Source: Spirochaetia bacterium
Lineage (GTDB): Bacteria; Spirochaetota; Spirochaetia; SZUA-6; Bin103
NCBI GenBank assembly: GCA_965208575.1
Contig: CBDBOV010000006.1
Coordinates: forward strand, 96,001-160,000
DNA: 64,000 bases
Reading direction: 5' to 3'
Each line of letters opens with the position of its first letter. The first letter of the stretch is position 1. Positions 1-10,013 of this stretch are shown piece by piece. Both the position numbers and the translations under genes were made by a program. The notes beneath the pieces were generated by a model, which was given only the letters and a program-made list of their open reading frames with translations, searched no databases and was not told the DNA's origin.

Positions 1-1
1 G

Positions 2-487
2 GTGCAACTCGCCGAGCGGGTGGCCGAGTACGACCCGTTCTGGTTCGAGGAGCCGATCGCCCCGGACGACTACGAGGGCCACCGGCGGATCGCCGAGAAG
101 ACCACCATCCCGGTCGCTACCGGCGAGAACGAGTACACCCGCTACGGCTTCCGCGACCTGATCGCCACCGGCGCCGTGCCGATCCTGAATCCCGACGCGG
201 TCATTCTCGGCGGCATCACCGAGTTCATGAAGGTGGCCGCGCTGGCGCAGGCGCACGACCTGGACATCGCCCCGCACGGCGCCCAGGAGGTGCACGTCCA
301 CCTGGTGGCCGCTATCGCCAACGGCCTGATCCTGGAGTTCTATCCCGAATACATGGATCCGATGTGGGGCAAGATCTACACCGAGACCCTCACGCTCAAC
401 GACGACGGCACGGTGAGCCCGCCCGAGGTGCCCGGCATCGGCCTGGAGCCGCGCTACGAAACGCTCGCCCCCTACCGCGAGCAGTAG
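2..487 (+). CDS. Mandelate racemase/muconate lactonizing enzyme family protein (5'-truncated by window edge)
   Basis: WFEEP, PVATGEN and IAPH motifs; C-terminal PGIGLE typical of the enolase superfamily. Confidence 0.9.
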   Translation: MQLAERVAEYDPFWFEEPIAPDDYEGHRRIAEKTTIPVATGENEYTRYGFRDLIATGAVPILNPDAVILGGITEFMKVAALAQAHDLDIAPHGAQEVHVHLVAAIANGLILEFYPEYMDPMWGKIYTETLTLNDDGTVSPPEVPGIGLEPRYETLAPYREQ

Positions 488-489
488 CG

Positions 490-1227
490 ATGAGCGAGGT
501 AGCGATCGTGACCGGCGCCAGCCGCGGCATCGGCGCCGCGACGGCGCGCCTGCTGGGGCAGCGCGGCTACCGGGTGTGCGTCAACTACCGCACCGAGCCG
601 GAGGCCGCGCAACGGGTGTGCGCACAGATCGAGGCGGACGGAGGGCGCGCGATCGCCGTGGCCGCCGACGTGAGCGATGCAGAACAGGTGGAGCGCATGT
701 TCGCCGCCGTGGACCGCGATCTCGGCCCGGTCACCGCGCTGGTCAACAACGCCGGTTCCCTCGGCCCGACCACGCACGTCGCCGATCTCGCGTTGCACGA
801 CCTGCAGCGCGTGCTGGCAGTGAACGTGGTGGGCGTGGTGCTGTGCACGCAGCAGGCGCTGCGGCGCATGTCGACGGCCGGCGGCGGGGGCGGCGGCGCC
901 ATCGTCAACGTGTCGTCGGGTGCGGCCTACCTCGGCGGTCCGGGCGCCAGCGTGCACTACGCGGTCACCAAGGGCGCCGTGAACAGCTTCACCATTGGCG
1001 TGTCGCAGGAGGTGATGGCCGACGGCGTCCGGGTGAACGCCGTCAGTCCGGGACTCACCGATACCGCGATGGTGCGCCACACCGACATGGCCAGCGCCGC
1101 GGCCGCGATCCCGGCCGGCCGCGTCGCCCAGCCGGAGGAGGTGGCCGAGGCGATCGTGTGGCTCTTGTCGCCGCAGGCCCGCTTCGTGGCGGGCGCCAAC
1201 ATACGCGTCGCCGGCGGCCGACCGTAG
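490..1227 (+). CDS. Short-chain dehydrogenase/reductase
   Basis: TGASRGIG, NNAG, YAVTK; ATG at 490, 2 nt after upstream stop. Confidence 0.93.
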   Translation: MSEVAIVTGASRGIGAATARLLGQRGYRVCVNYRTEPEAAQRVCAQIEADGGRAIAVAADVSDAEQVERMFAAVDRDLGPVTALVNNAGSLGPTTHVADLALHDLQRVLAVNVVGVVLCTQQALRRMSTAGGGGGGAIVNVSSGAAYLGGPGASVHYAVTKGAVNSFTIGVSQEVMADGVRVNAVSPGLTDTAMVRHTDMASAAAAIPAGRVAQPEEVAEAIVWLLSPQARFVAGANIRVAGGRP

Positions 1228-1444
1228 TGACGTTGGTATGCCGTTGGATGGTGTCACGTCGGTCTGAAAGATGGACGGCGACGCCGATTCCGATACAGAT
1301 AGGAGGCGAGTAGCCAGAGTCATGGCGTGTCATGGCAGTGTTGTCGGTGCCACGTCCGTGGCAGGAGCACCTGGGAGTAGCAGCGACCCGAGTCGTTGGT
1401 CGAGATGCTGCGCCAGGTCGAATCGGACCAGCCGCGCTGCGAGG

Positions 1445-2476
1445 TCAGCCGCCCTGGTCGCGCGGGCGACGGAGCGCGGCAAGGAACTCCGTCTCATCCG
1501 CGCAGCCAATTGCCGCCGCCAGCAGCGCCTCATCGGACGCCGTGGCGAAAGCTGCCGTAGCGGCGGAGAACCGCGCCGACACTGCAATGCCGCGTGACTG
1601 CAGAATCTGACGGACCATCTGCGTCCGGGCTTCCGTCCGACCTGCCGCGTGACCTTCAGCCCGGCCTGCCGCAAGACCTGCTGCATGGCCCTGGTCGAAC
1701 CCCTGGCGCCGTTGCGAGCGGAGCAGCGGGTCGTCGTCCGGGCCGGTGCCTTCGCGCGCGCCGAGCGCCGCTCCGACCCGCTCCACCACCGCGCTGGTGC
1801 GCGCGGACGGCTCCGGCTCGGTCAACGCCAAGTGAATCTCGTCCGCCCGCCAGCCGGGAAACGCCCGGCTCTCCGCCGCAACTCGGAACCGGCCATGCTC
1901 CAGCAGGTGAATAGTCAGCCCCGGGCGGCGTCGGTGCGGCCGGCTCGGTGAAGGCGTGTCCGGCACCTCCACCCACACTTCCGGGAATCCCCACGATTCG
2001 TACATCGCGAGCTTGCCGCGGTGGACGTCGGTGGTGTGATCCACCTCCAGCACCACGTCGGGAAAGTCATCCTCGCCCACCACCATGGCCGCGGGCCCGG
2101 GCCCGGCACGCCCCGGAAGCAGGTACACCGACTCGTCGGCCTGCATGATGCGCCGCGGCTCGCCGCTTGCGTCGCGCCACAGCAGGTCCATCGAGCCGTA
2201 CGATTCGATCGGCGACCCGCGCACTGCGGCGATCCGCTCGGCGAGGCGCGTCAGGCGACGAGTGGGCCGCTCGTGGTAGGGGGTGGCCGGATCGCAGATC
2301 CAGGCGGTCTCGGTGGCCGCGTCCCAATACTCGAGCCGTCCCTCGAAGCGCTCGATCTCGGTCCGCGTCAGGCGAACGGGCGTGCAGCCGGGGAACGCCG
2401 GCGGCTGGCCGTACCGGGGTTGCGCTACTTCGTACGCTTCGTACCGTCTGGTTGACGGTGCTTTCGTGCTGGCCAT
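1445..2476 (-). CDS. Uma2/DUF820-family putative PD-(D/E)XK endonuclease with C-terminal G-x-x-x repeat tail
   Basis: QADESVY...PDVVLEVDHT...KLAMYESWGFPEVW pattern; start chosen at MASTK. Confidence 0.75.
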   Translation of the reverse strand: MASTKAPSTRRYEAYEVAQPRYGQPPAFPGCTPVRLTRTEIERFEGRLEYWDAATETAWICDPATPYHERPTRRLTRLAERIAAVRGSPIESYGSMDLLWRDASGEPRRIMQADESVYLLPGRAGPGPAAMVVGEDDFPDVVLEVDHTTDVHRGKLAMYESWGFPEVWVEVPDTPSPSRPHRRRPGLTIHLLEHGRFRVAAESRAFPGWRADEIHLALTEPEPSARTSAVVERVGAALGAREGTGPDDDPLLRSQRRQGFDQGHAAGLAAGRAEGHAAGRTEARTQMVRQILQSRGIAVSARFSAATAAFATASDEALLAAAIGCADETEFLAALRRPRDQGG

Positions 2477-2564
2477 GGGCGCCAGCGTATCCCATCGCGT
2501 GCACCCATGCAAACCGAACGTTCCAGACCATGTCGTAAACTGAGAATGAATGCCGCATTGCATC

Positions 2565-2596
2565 TTGACATCATCTCCATGAGGCATCATGATGTC
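2565..2596 (+). promoter_or_regulatory. sigma70-type promoter overlapped by an inverted-repeat operator for vapBC (probably leaderless)
   Basis: TTGACA (2565-2570), 17 bp, CATGAT (2588-2593); inverted repeat GACATCAT/ATGATGTC at 2567-2574/2589-2596; ATG at 2601. Confidence 0.65.
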
Positions 2597-2600
2597 TACG

Positions 2601-2861
2601 ATGCGAACTACCCTGACGCTGGACGATGACCTCGCTCAGTCCTTGAAAGAACGGGCACGGCTCCTCGACTTGCCATTCAAACAGGTCGTGAACGACACGC
2701 TGCGCCGCGGGCTGTCGCCGTCCTCAAGTGATGCGGCTCCGGCCCCTTACCGCGTCGTCCCCAACGCCAGCGGGTTGGTACCCGGCGTCGACCCGCTCAA
2801 GCTGAACCAGGTGTACGATCAGCTCGAAGCCGAGACGTTCTCCAGGACGCAACGAGGGTGA
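2601..2861 (+). CDS. vapB: VapB-type RHH antitoxin
   Basis: MRTTLTLDDDL N-terminus; GTGA overlap with PIN gene. Confidence 0.85.
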   Translation: MRTTLTLDDDLAQSLKERARLLDLPFKQVVNDTLRRGLSPSSSDAAPAPYRVVPNASGLVPGVDPLKLNQVYDQLEAETFSRTQRG

Positions 2862-3283
2862 TCGTCCCCGATCTCAACCTGCTGATCTACGCACACAACG
2901 AGGACGCGCCCCATCATGAGCCCGCCAGACGCTGGTGGGAGGGACTGGTGAACGGGACGGAACGAGTAGGCGTCCCGTGGGCGGTATCGACCGGATTTGT
3001 CAGGTTGATGACCAATCCCAGGGTGCTCCTCCATCCGGTGTCGACGGATGAGGCGACCGGCCACGTGCAGGCGTGGTTCCGCTTTCCGCACGTAACGCCG
3101 GTCAACCCCGGCCCCGGCCACCTCACGTGGTTTGCGCGCAACCTCGCCGCCGCCGGCGTAGGAGCCGACCTGGTTACCGACGCTCACATCGCCACGCTCG
3201 CCATGGAGTACCAGGCGGAGGTCCACTCCAGCGATACCGACTTCAGCCGCTTCCCGGGCCTCCGCTGGCGCAACCCTCTCTGA
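2858..3283 (+). CDS. vapC: VapC PIN-domain ribonuclease toxin
   Basis: MIVPDLNLLIYA, DAHIATLA, SSDTDFSRFPGL. Confidence 0.93.
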   Translation: MIVPDLNLLIYAHNEDAPHHEPARRWWEGLVNGTERVGVPWAVSTGFVRLMTNPRVLLHPVSTDEATGHVQAWFRFPHVTPVNPGPGHLTWFARNLAAAGVGADLVTDAHIATLAMEYQAEVHSSDTDFSRFPGLRWRNPL

Positions 3284-3380
3284 CGACGGGCGTCGCAGTC
3301 ATCCGCGGGCGACCACGCGGGGTTCGCGGCCCGGGGATCGTGCCGACCGTGCTCAAGGCTGCGTCGATTGGCGGCCGGGA

Positions 3381-4178
3381 TCAGCCCATGGCGATTCCGC
3401 CGTCGACGTGGATCGCCTGGCCGGTGATGTTGCAGGCTTCCTCGGAGGACAGGAAGGCGACCAGGTTGCCCACGTCCTCCGGCGTCTGCGGGCGCCCGAG
3501 CACGGCGCTGCCGGCGATTTCGTCGAACACGGCGCGCGGCTCGCGCTGCGTGCCGCCGGGATCCTGCGCCGCCAGCATCGGCGCCAGCCGCTCCCAGAAC
3601 GGCGTCCACACCAGCCCCGGCAACACCGCGTTGACGTTGACGTTGTAAGGGCCGAGGTCCTTGGCCACCACGCGGGTCAGGTTGAGCAGCGCGTTCTTGG
3701 CCGCCGCGTAGGTCGGCAGGAACACCGGGTCGCGCTTGGCGGAGATCGAGGAGATGTTGACGATCTTGCCGGAGCGGCGCTCCATCATGTGTGCGGCCAC
3801 CGCCTTGCACATGAAGAACGGGCCCTTCACGTTGACGGCGTAGTTCTCGTCCCAGTCGTCGCCGGTAAGCGTCGTGAACGGCGCCGACAGGTGGCTGCCG
3901 AAGTGGCCGGCGTTGTTGACCAGGATGTCCACCCCGCCGAATGCCGCCAGTGCCTGCCGCACCACCGCCGCGCAGTCGTCCTCGCTGGTCACGTCGCCGG
4001 CCACCGCCAGGCCGCGCCGGCCCGCCTGCTCGGCCGCTGCAACCGTCTCCGCGGCGCGTGCGACGTCGAGGTCGGACACCACCACGTCGGCGCCCTCGCG
4101 GGTCAGGCAGGCGCAGATGCCGCGCCCCATGCCACCGCCACCGCCGGTCACGATGGCCACCTTGTCCTGCAAACGCAT
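3381..4178 (-). CDS. Short-chain dehydrogenase/reductase
   Basis: MRLQDKVAIVTGGGGGMG, NNAG, YAAAK. Confidence 0.93.
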   Translation of the reverse strand: MRLQDKVAIVTGGGGGMGRGICACLTREGADVVVSDLDVARAAETVAAAEQAGRRGLAVAGDVTSEDDCAAVVRQALAAFGGVDILVNNAGHFGSHLSAPFTTLTGDDWDENYAVNVKGPFFMCKAVAAHMMERRSGKIVNISSISAKRDPVFLPTYAAAKNALLNLTRVVAKDLGPYNVNVNAVLPGLVWTPFWERLAPMLAAQDPGGTQREPRAVFDEIAGSAVLGRPQTPEDVGNLVAFLSSEEACNITGQAIHVDGGIAMG

Positions 4179-4377
4179 GCCTCGTTGTGCTACGCAAAGC
4201 CCGCTGTTGTCCAGCGCCGCGGCACCGGCTGCCACGCGGCAGCACGGAGAGTGCCGCGCTGGGCGACAGCCGTTCGCCGGACGGGATCGGAGGTGCAACG
4301 GATCGTGCGCACGGACAGCCGGATCGAGCGGCGCGGTCGCGTTGCCCGCCGGTGGCCGCGCGCGCCACAATAGCGGC

Positions 4378-5718
4378 ATGAGTGCCACTTCGCCTTCGCC
4401 GTTCGCGGCGCTGTTTACCGAGGACTCGATCTACCAGACCTGGCTCGATGTCGAGGTCGCCCTGGCCGCCGCGCAGGCGGAACTCGGCATCATCCCGGCG
4501 GCGGCGGCCGCCGAAATCGCCGCCAAGGCGAAGCTGGAGCTGGTGGACCGCGCCGCGTTTGCCGAGCACCTGGCGGTAACCAGTCACGCGCTGGTTTCGC
4601 TGGTGTGGCAGGTCGACAAGCTGTGCGAGGGCGGCGCCGGCGGCTACCTGCACTGGGGCGCCACCACCGTCAACATCACGCAGACCGCGCTGCTGCTGCT
4701 GGTGCGCCGCGCCCACCGCATGATCGGGCGCGACCTGGCGGCGCTGTTGCGCCACCTCGCCGGCCACGCCGACACCGCCCGCGACTACGCCATGGCCGGC
4801 CGCACCCATGGCCAGCACGCCCTGCCGATCACGTTCGGCTTCAAGGTGGCGACCTGGATCGACGAACTGCTGCGCCACGAGGAGCGCCTGCGCCAGCTCG
4901 AACCGCGCACCTTCCGCGCCATGTACGGCGGCGGGGCGGGAACCCTGGCCTCCCTCGGCGAGCGCGGCCCGGCGGTGCAGCGCGGCTTCGCTTCGCAACT
5001 GGACATGGCGGTAATGGAACTGCCCGCGCGCACCGCGCGCGACCACCTGGCCGAGTACGTGGCCGCGCTGGCGATACTGTGCGGCACGCTGGCGCGCATC
5101 GCGCGCGAGGTGTACACGCTGATGAAGCCGGAGTACGGCGAGGTGGAGGAAGCGGTGCCGCACGGTGCGGTCGGCAGCAGCACGATGCCGCAGAAGCGCA
5201 ACCCCAAGCTGTGCATGTTGATCCTGCAGCTCACCCCGCGCGCCCGCGCGCAGGTGGCGCCGGCGCTGGAGTCGCTCGAGTCGGATCACGAAGAGGACGG
5301 CAGCCAGTGCCACGTGATGGAGCACGCCATCACCGAGGCGGTGATCGCCACCGGCGACGCGCTGCAGGCGACGGTCGCGCTGGCCGCCGGGCTGCACACC
5401 GACCGCGAGCGGATGCGGCGCAATCTCGACATGAGCGGCGGCCTCATCGTCTCCGAGCGGGTGATGATGGTGCTCGGCGAGCGGATTGGCCGCCAGCTCG
5501 CCCACGACGCGGTGTACGAGGCAGCGCAGGGCGCCCACGCGACCGGCTCCACGTTCGCCGAGGAGTTGCTGGCCGAACCGGAGGTCGCCGCCCACCTCAC
5601 CGCCGAGCAGATCGCCGAGTTGCTCGACGCCGGCCGCTACACGGGCCTCTCCGCCCGCTTCGCCGAGCAGGCCGCCGCGGCGGCGCGCTCCGCGGCGGAT
5701 CGGGCGATCCCGGAGTAG
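4378..5718 (+). CDS. Adenylosuccinate lyase / 3-carboxymuconate cycloisomerase-like class-I lyase
   Basis: HWGATT, GRTHGQHA, signature GSSTMPQKRNP. Confidence 0.88.
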   Translation: MSATSPSPFAALFTEDSIYQTWLDVEVALAAAQAELGIIPAAAAAEIAAKAKLELVDRAAFAEHLAVTSHALVSLVWQVDKLCEGGAGGYLHWGATTVNITQTALLLLVRRAHRMIGRDLAALLRHLAGHADTARDYAMAGRTHGQHALPITFGFKVATWIDELLRHEERLRQLEPRTFRAMYGGGAGTLASLGERGPAVQRGFASQLDMAVMELPARTARDHLAEYVAALAILCGTLARIAREVYTLMKPEYGEVEEAVPHGAVGSSTMPQKRNPKLCMLILQLTPRARAQVAPALESLESDHEEDGSQCHVMEHAITEAVIATGDALQATVALAAGLHTDRERMRRNLDMSGGLIVSERVMMVLGERIGRQLAHDAVYEAAQGAHATGSTFAEELLAEPEVAAHLTAEQIAELLDAGRYTGLSARFAEQAAAAARSAADRAIPE

Positions 5719-5726
5719 CGGGCCGC

Positions 5727-5908
5727 GCTGCCGGTCGTACCGCCGCCCCGCAACCGGGCCGCGGTGCGCTGAGCGCAACCGCCGCGTCGCGACAGGCTCG
5801 CTTGCCTGCAACCGCCCGCGGCACGCGCGGTTGCAGACCGACCGAGGCCGAAGTAGCCGGCGCAGCGTTGCCGGTCGATCAACGCGGCAGCCGGGCCGCG
5901 GTGCGCTG
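5727..5908. repeat. Degenerate intergenic direct repeat with internal hairpin
   Basis: CCGGGCCGCGGTGCGCTG at 5754-5771 and 5891-5908, each preceded by TGCCGGTCG; stem CTGCAACCGC/GCGGTTGCAG at 5806-5836. Confidence 0.5.
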
Positions 5909-6177
5909 GGAGCAACCATCGGGTCGGCACCGATCCGCTTGCCAGCCATCGCCGGCGGCAAATCGGACGGCGGCACCGCGGCACAACCACGGGCGCGGTG
6001 CTCGAACCGACTCGGATTGGCGGCAGACGCCGACTCGCGCGGGTGCTTCCAGGCACGCGCAGAACCGCCGCCACCTCAACGTGTTGGGTATGATGTCCGT
6101 TCGGCTCGTTGGGGCGTGCGCCGAAGCGCTGGCGGCGCGGATCGCCGTTCGAGGCGGGGCGAACCAGCCGCGAAGGA

Positions 6178-7410
6178 CTACAGCACCACGAGCGGCACGC
6201 GCACCTCGTCGGGGCACATGCCGCCGTGCACGCCGACGTGGCGCAGCGCGGTCGATTCGGCGGATGCGTAGTGGGCGAGGATAAACGGGGCGAGCGCGAT
6301 GCCCACGTAGTCGCCGAAACGCCGCCGCGCGAAGTCGCTCAGCGGCTCCGGGCCGAACAGGCGCAGCTCCTCGGCCTCGCCCTGGCTGAGCACCGCCATG
6401 CGCCCGCCGGAGCGCTCCCCGACGCGCTCGGTCAGCTCCCGCTCCCTGCCCCGGCGCACGTGGAAGTGCGGCGTGCGCCCCTCGCCGCTCGGCATGCTCA
6501 GCAGGCAGTCGAGCAGCGGATCGCCGTCGAACAGCGGCGCCCGGTCGCCCTCGCCCAGGTCGATCAGGCCGTGGTCGGCGGTCACCGCCACGCGCACGTC
6601 GTCGGGCGCGCCGGCGGCCAACTCCATCAGCAAGTCGCGGATTTCCTCCAGCGTCGTGCGCGCCTCGCTGCTGGCCACCCCGTAGGTATGGCAGGCGGAG
6701 TCGTAGTCGGGGATGTACCAGAAGGTGACCGTGGACTCGGTTCGCCCGCCGTGCACGGCGCGCATGCGGCGCAGGATCCGCCGCTGCGCGTGCCGCGACG
6801 ACCGGTAGCCGCGCGTCCGGCTGCGCCCGCTGAGGTAGCGGTTGAAGGTGCTCAACAGGTACTTCCAGGGCATGTGCATTTCCATGCCGCCGGCCGCCTC
6901 GGCGAACCGCGACGGCTGCGGCCAGATGTCCGGAACGTGCACGCCGTGACGCCGCAACCGGCGCCCGCTCCGGCGTTCCTCGAACGGCAGCACCGTCACC
7001 GGCAAGTCATGTTCCGCGAGGTAGGCCCACCAGCCGGGAACGCCGTGCCGGCCCGGCCACTGCCCGGTCGCCACCGTGGTCATGGCGCAGGCGGTGGTGG
7101 CCGGAAACACCGAATCGATCTCCATGCGGACGCGCGCACGCAGGTCCGCCACGGTCGGATGGCCGAGCGCGCTCATGCCCATGCCGTCGACCAGCACCAG
7201 GACCAGGTGGGAGCGGTCGAACAGGTGGGCGGCGATCGTTTCGCAATGCGGGGTCGCCGGCGTGGAGGCGCCGGCGGCACGCTGCACCGCGCACACCAAG
7301 TCCACGAACGACGGCGCCGCGTCCGACGGCCGGCGCAGAACGCCGTCTCGGATCGCGGCCGCGATGATCTCGCCCTGGCCGGTCGGCGGCGCTGGCTCTC
7401 GCTCGCTCAC
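6178..7410 (-). CDS. Alkaline phosphatase superfamily (nucleotide pyrophosphatase/phosphodiesterase-like) protein
   Basis: LVLVDGMG, SVFPATT, DSACH, TADHG, GVHGG. Confidence 0.85.
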   Translation of the reverse strand: MSEREPAPPTGQGEIIAAAIRDGVLRRPSDAAPSFVDLVCAVQRAAGASTPATPHCETIAAHLFDRSHLVLVLVDGMGMSALGHPTVADLRARVRMEIDSVFPATTACAMTTVATGQWPGRHGVPGWWAYLAEHDLPVTVLPFEERRSGRRLRRHGVHVPDIWPQPSRFAEAAGGMEMHMPWKYLLSTFNRYLSGRSRTRGYRSSRHAQRRILRRMRAVHGGRTESTVTFWYIPDYDSACHTYGVASSEARTTLEEIRDLLMELAAGAPDDVRVAVTADHGLIDLGEGDRAPLFDGDPLLDCLLSMPSGEGRTPHFHVRRGRERELTERVGERSGGRMAVLSQGEAEELRLFGPEPLSDFARRRFGDYVGIALAPFILAHYASAESTALRHVGVHGGMCPDEVRVPLVVL

Positions 7411-7616
7411 ACGAAACTGCGGATCAGCAGGTACGCGCCGAGCCCGGTGGGGAACACCCCGTACGAAAAGGCGTAGAACGCGAAGCCCCGCTTGTCGCCC
7501 AGTCTCTTCTTCATCAGCTCCAGCTTGGTGGACCGGTGCGGTGCGAACAGCGTGATGTACAACATGGCCACGCCGTACACGAACATCAGGGCACCGAGGA
7601 ATGTTCTAGCGTCCAA
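7407..7616 (-). CDS. Small two-TM membrane protein
   Basis: Two hydrophobic segments; GTGA overlap with downstream gene. Confidence 0.6.
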   Translation of the reverse strand: MDARTFLGALMFVYGVAMLYITLFAPHRSTKLELMKKRLGDKRGFAFYAFSYGVFPTGLGAYLLIRSFV

Positions 7617-7698
7617 GCTGCATTCCTTCGCTCACAACGCGGGCTACCGTAGTCGGTAAACGGGCTCTTGTCGACGCTGGTTTGCTATACTTCCGGCC

Positions 7699-8595
7699 GT
7701 GCAGTCGACTCGCGCGGCGCTGGGGGGCCTGATCGACGAAATCGAGCGCCAGGAGCGGGCGGGCCGTTCCTGGCGGCTCACCCCCACGCACTTGCAGCGC
7801 ATCCTGGGCTTGAGCCCCGAGCGATACTACCAGGAGATCTACGGCGCGCAGGTTGCCGGCCATCCCCTGATCGGCCTGTCGCTCGCCCTGGAACCGTTCT
7901 CGCAGACCTCGGCGCCGGCGCTGGTGGCGGTGCTGGAGCACTTGTGCGGCGCCGGCGCGGAGGGCGCCCTGGAACGGGCCGGCGTGTTCTTCTCCCACGA
8001 GCAGCAAGCCGAGATCATGGCCGAGTTTCTCTCCGGCGCCGCCGGTGCGGTGCGGGAGCATCGGTTCCAGGACGAGGAGTTCGCCGCCATGCTGCGCACG
8101 TTCGGCAGGTTCCCGGAGGCGCGCCGCGTTTATCTCGATCACTTCTTCGACCTCGACGACCTGCAGGAGCGCGCCGCGCGGCGCTACTGCGCCGGGCGCA
8201 CGTTCACCCTGCCCGAACTTGCGCTCGCCAACGCCCGCGAGGTGCTGCGCGCGTTCTTCGCCAGGCACGTTCTGCGCCGCCGGAGCATCTTCGCGGCCCT
8301 GAGTGACGCCTTCCACCGCGCCGCGGTCGACGCCGGCTTCGCGGGAGAACAACGGACATCACGCGGACGCCGGGCACGCACGGAGGCGCCGCAGCCTCCC
8401 GCGCGCTCCGCCGCCGCCCGGGCGCGGCGAGCCATGGGACTGGGGCCGGGGCCGCTCACCGCCCGCGGCCTCAAGGCGCGCTACAAGCAACTGATGAAAC
8501 GCTACCACCCGGACGTGAATCCGAACGGGCTGTCGCGCTGCCAGGAGATCACCGCCGCTTACGCCACCCTCGTGCCGCTGGCGGCGCCGGGATGA
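7699..8595 (+). CDS. Protein with C-terminal DnaJ (J) domain
   Basis: LKARYKQLMKRYHPDVNP...EITAAY. Confidence 0.8.
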   Translation: MQSTRAALGGLIDEIERQERAGRSWRLTPTHLQRILGLSPERYYQEIYGAQVAGHPLIGLSLALEPFSQTSAPALVAVLEHLCGAGAEGALERAGVFFSHEQQAEIMAEFLSGAAGAVREHRFQDEEFAAMLRTFGRFPEARRVYLDHFFDLDDLQERAARRYCAGRTFTLPELALANAREVLRAFFARHVLRRRSIFAALSDAFHRAAVDAGFAGEQRTSRGRRARTEAPQPPARSAAARARRAMGLGPGPLTARGLKARYKQLMKRYHPDVNPNGLSRCQEITAAYATLVPLAAPG

Positions 8596-8849
8596 GTGCG
8601 CCGGCCACGGCATCCCGCGGTGAAGCGCGCGGGATTCGGGTCGGCGCGACGCGCCGGCGCCCCGGGGCTTACGCCGTCGCCTACGCCGCCAGGACCTCGG
8701 ACGCCGTCAAGGACCGGCTCGCACGCTCGCTTGGTGGTGGTGGAGAGCACCGAAAACCGGTGCACGGGTTCGCCCGCCGCTTCGGTTCTCGTGCCGGATC
8801 CGTGAGCGATGTCCGCGCGCGGCCATCACACCGGCGGTCCCGAGCGACG

Positions 8850-10013
8850 CTACCCGGCGCCGGCGGTGTGCAGGAACTGCAGCAGCAACTCGCTGACCCG
8901 CTCGGGCTGCTCCTGCTGCACCCAGTGGCCGGCACCCGGCAGCAGGTGGCAGCCGAGCATGCGCGTGCATACCGTCTCGCGCATCCGTTCGTAGGCGCCG
9001 GGGCTCTGGAACACGCCCCAGTCGGCGGCGCCGGAGATGAAGCAGGAGGGCACGTCGATGGTGCGACCGGCGAAGATCTGCTGCTCCCCCACCCCGACGC
9101 CGCCGGTGCCGCAGCGGTACCACTGCAGCCCGCCCTGGAAGCCGGTGGCGCCATAGGCGGAGCAGTACACCGCCAGCTCCTCGTCCGGCAGCCAGCGGCA
9201 CGCGGCGGCAGCCCCCGGTGACGGAGTGAACGGCGCCACCGCTTCCGGCATGGTGTCGCCGCGGTTCATCACGTAGTAGGTGGGCAGCCTGGCCAGCTCG
9301 GTGGCGGTCCAGCCTCGCAACCGGTACGGGGTGTTGCCCCGCCAGTCGGCGCTCTTGTAGTGGTAGTAGCCGCGCAGGAACGCGTGCAGCCCCTGGGTGC
9401 ACTCCATCATGTCGGCGTTGGCGGGGCGCGACGAGTAGTACCACTGGTAGTGCTTGCGCGGCGGCTGCAGGGCCGCCAGGTGGGCGTCGAACTCCGCCAT
9501 CGGGGGGCGCCCATCCGGCACCGGGCGGCGCGCCGGCGGGCCGCCGAACGGCGCGCTCATCATCGCCACCGCAGAGAAAATATCGGGGCGCAGCAGGCTG
9601 CACCAGCCGGCAACCCCGGCGCCGGCGTCGTGGCCGATCACCGCGTGCACCCGCTCGTAGCCGAGCGCGGTGACGACGCCGAGCACGTCGCGCACCAGGT
9701 TGAACATGCGAAACGGCGCCAGGTCGCCGTCGAATGAGGCATCCCAGCCCCGGGTGGCGCCGTAGCCGCGCTGATCGGGCGCCACCACGTAGTAGCCGGC
9801 GTCCGCCAGAACCGGCATCACCTTGCGCCAACTGTAGCCCAGCTCCGGAAACCCGTGCAGCAGCACCAGCAGCGGGCGCCCCTCGCTCTGCTTGCCTGCC
9901 TCCAGCAGGTGTACCGTGAGCCCGTTCACCCCGGCCAGAGTCCGCGAACGCACGCCAACTGACGCCAGCCGCCGGAGCGCGGCACGGTACGAACTCAAAT
10001 TGCCGCCGGTCAT
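8850..10013 (-). CDS. Alpha/beta hydrolase, epoxide hydrolase-like
   Basis: HGFPE, PDQRGYG, GHDAGA, GAGHWVQQEQP. Confidence 0.92.
   Translation of the reverse strand: MTGGNLSSYRAALRRLASVGVRSRTLAGVNGLTVHLLEAGKQSEGRPLLVLLHGFPELGYSWRKVMPVLADAGYYVVAPDQRGYGATRGWDASFDGDLAPFRMFNLVRDVLGVVTALGYERVHAVIGHDAGAGVAGWCSLLRPDIFSAVAMMSAPFGGPPARRPVPDGRPPMAEFDAHLAALQPPRKHYQWYYSSRPANADMMECTQGLHAFLRGYYHYKSADWRGNTPYRLRGWTATELARLPTYYVMNRGDTMPEAVAPFTPSPGAAAACRWLPDEELAVYCSAYGATGFQGGLQWYRCGTGGVGVGEQQIFAGRTIDVPSCFISGAADWGVFQSPGAYERMRETVCTRMLGCHLLPGAGHWVQQEQPERVSELLLQFLHTAGAG

Noticed and set aside
3184-5976. Very long antisense or alternate-frame ORFs (e.g. 930 aa here, 733 aa at 49616-51817, 607 aa at 11987-13810)
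   Set aside because: Shadows of GC-rich genes on the opposite strand; no motifs
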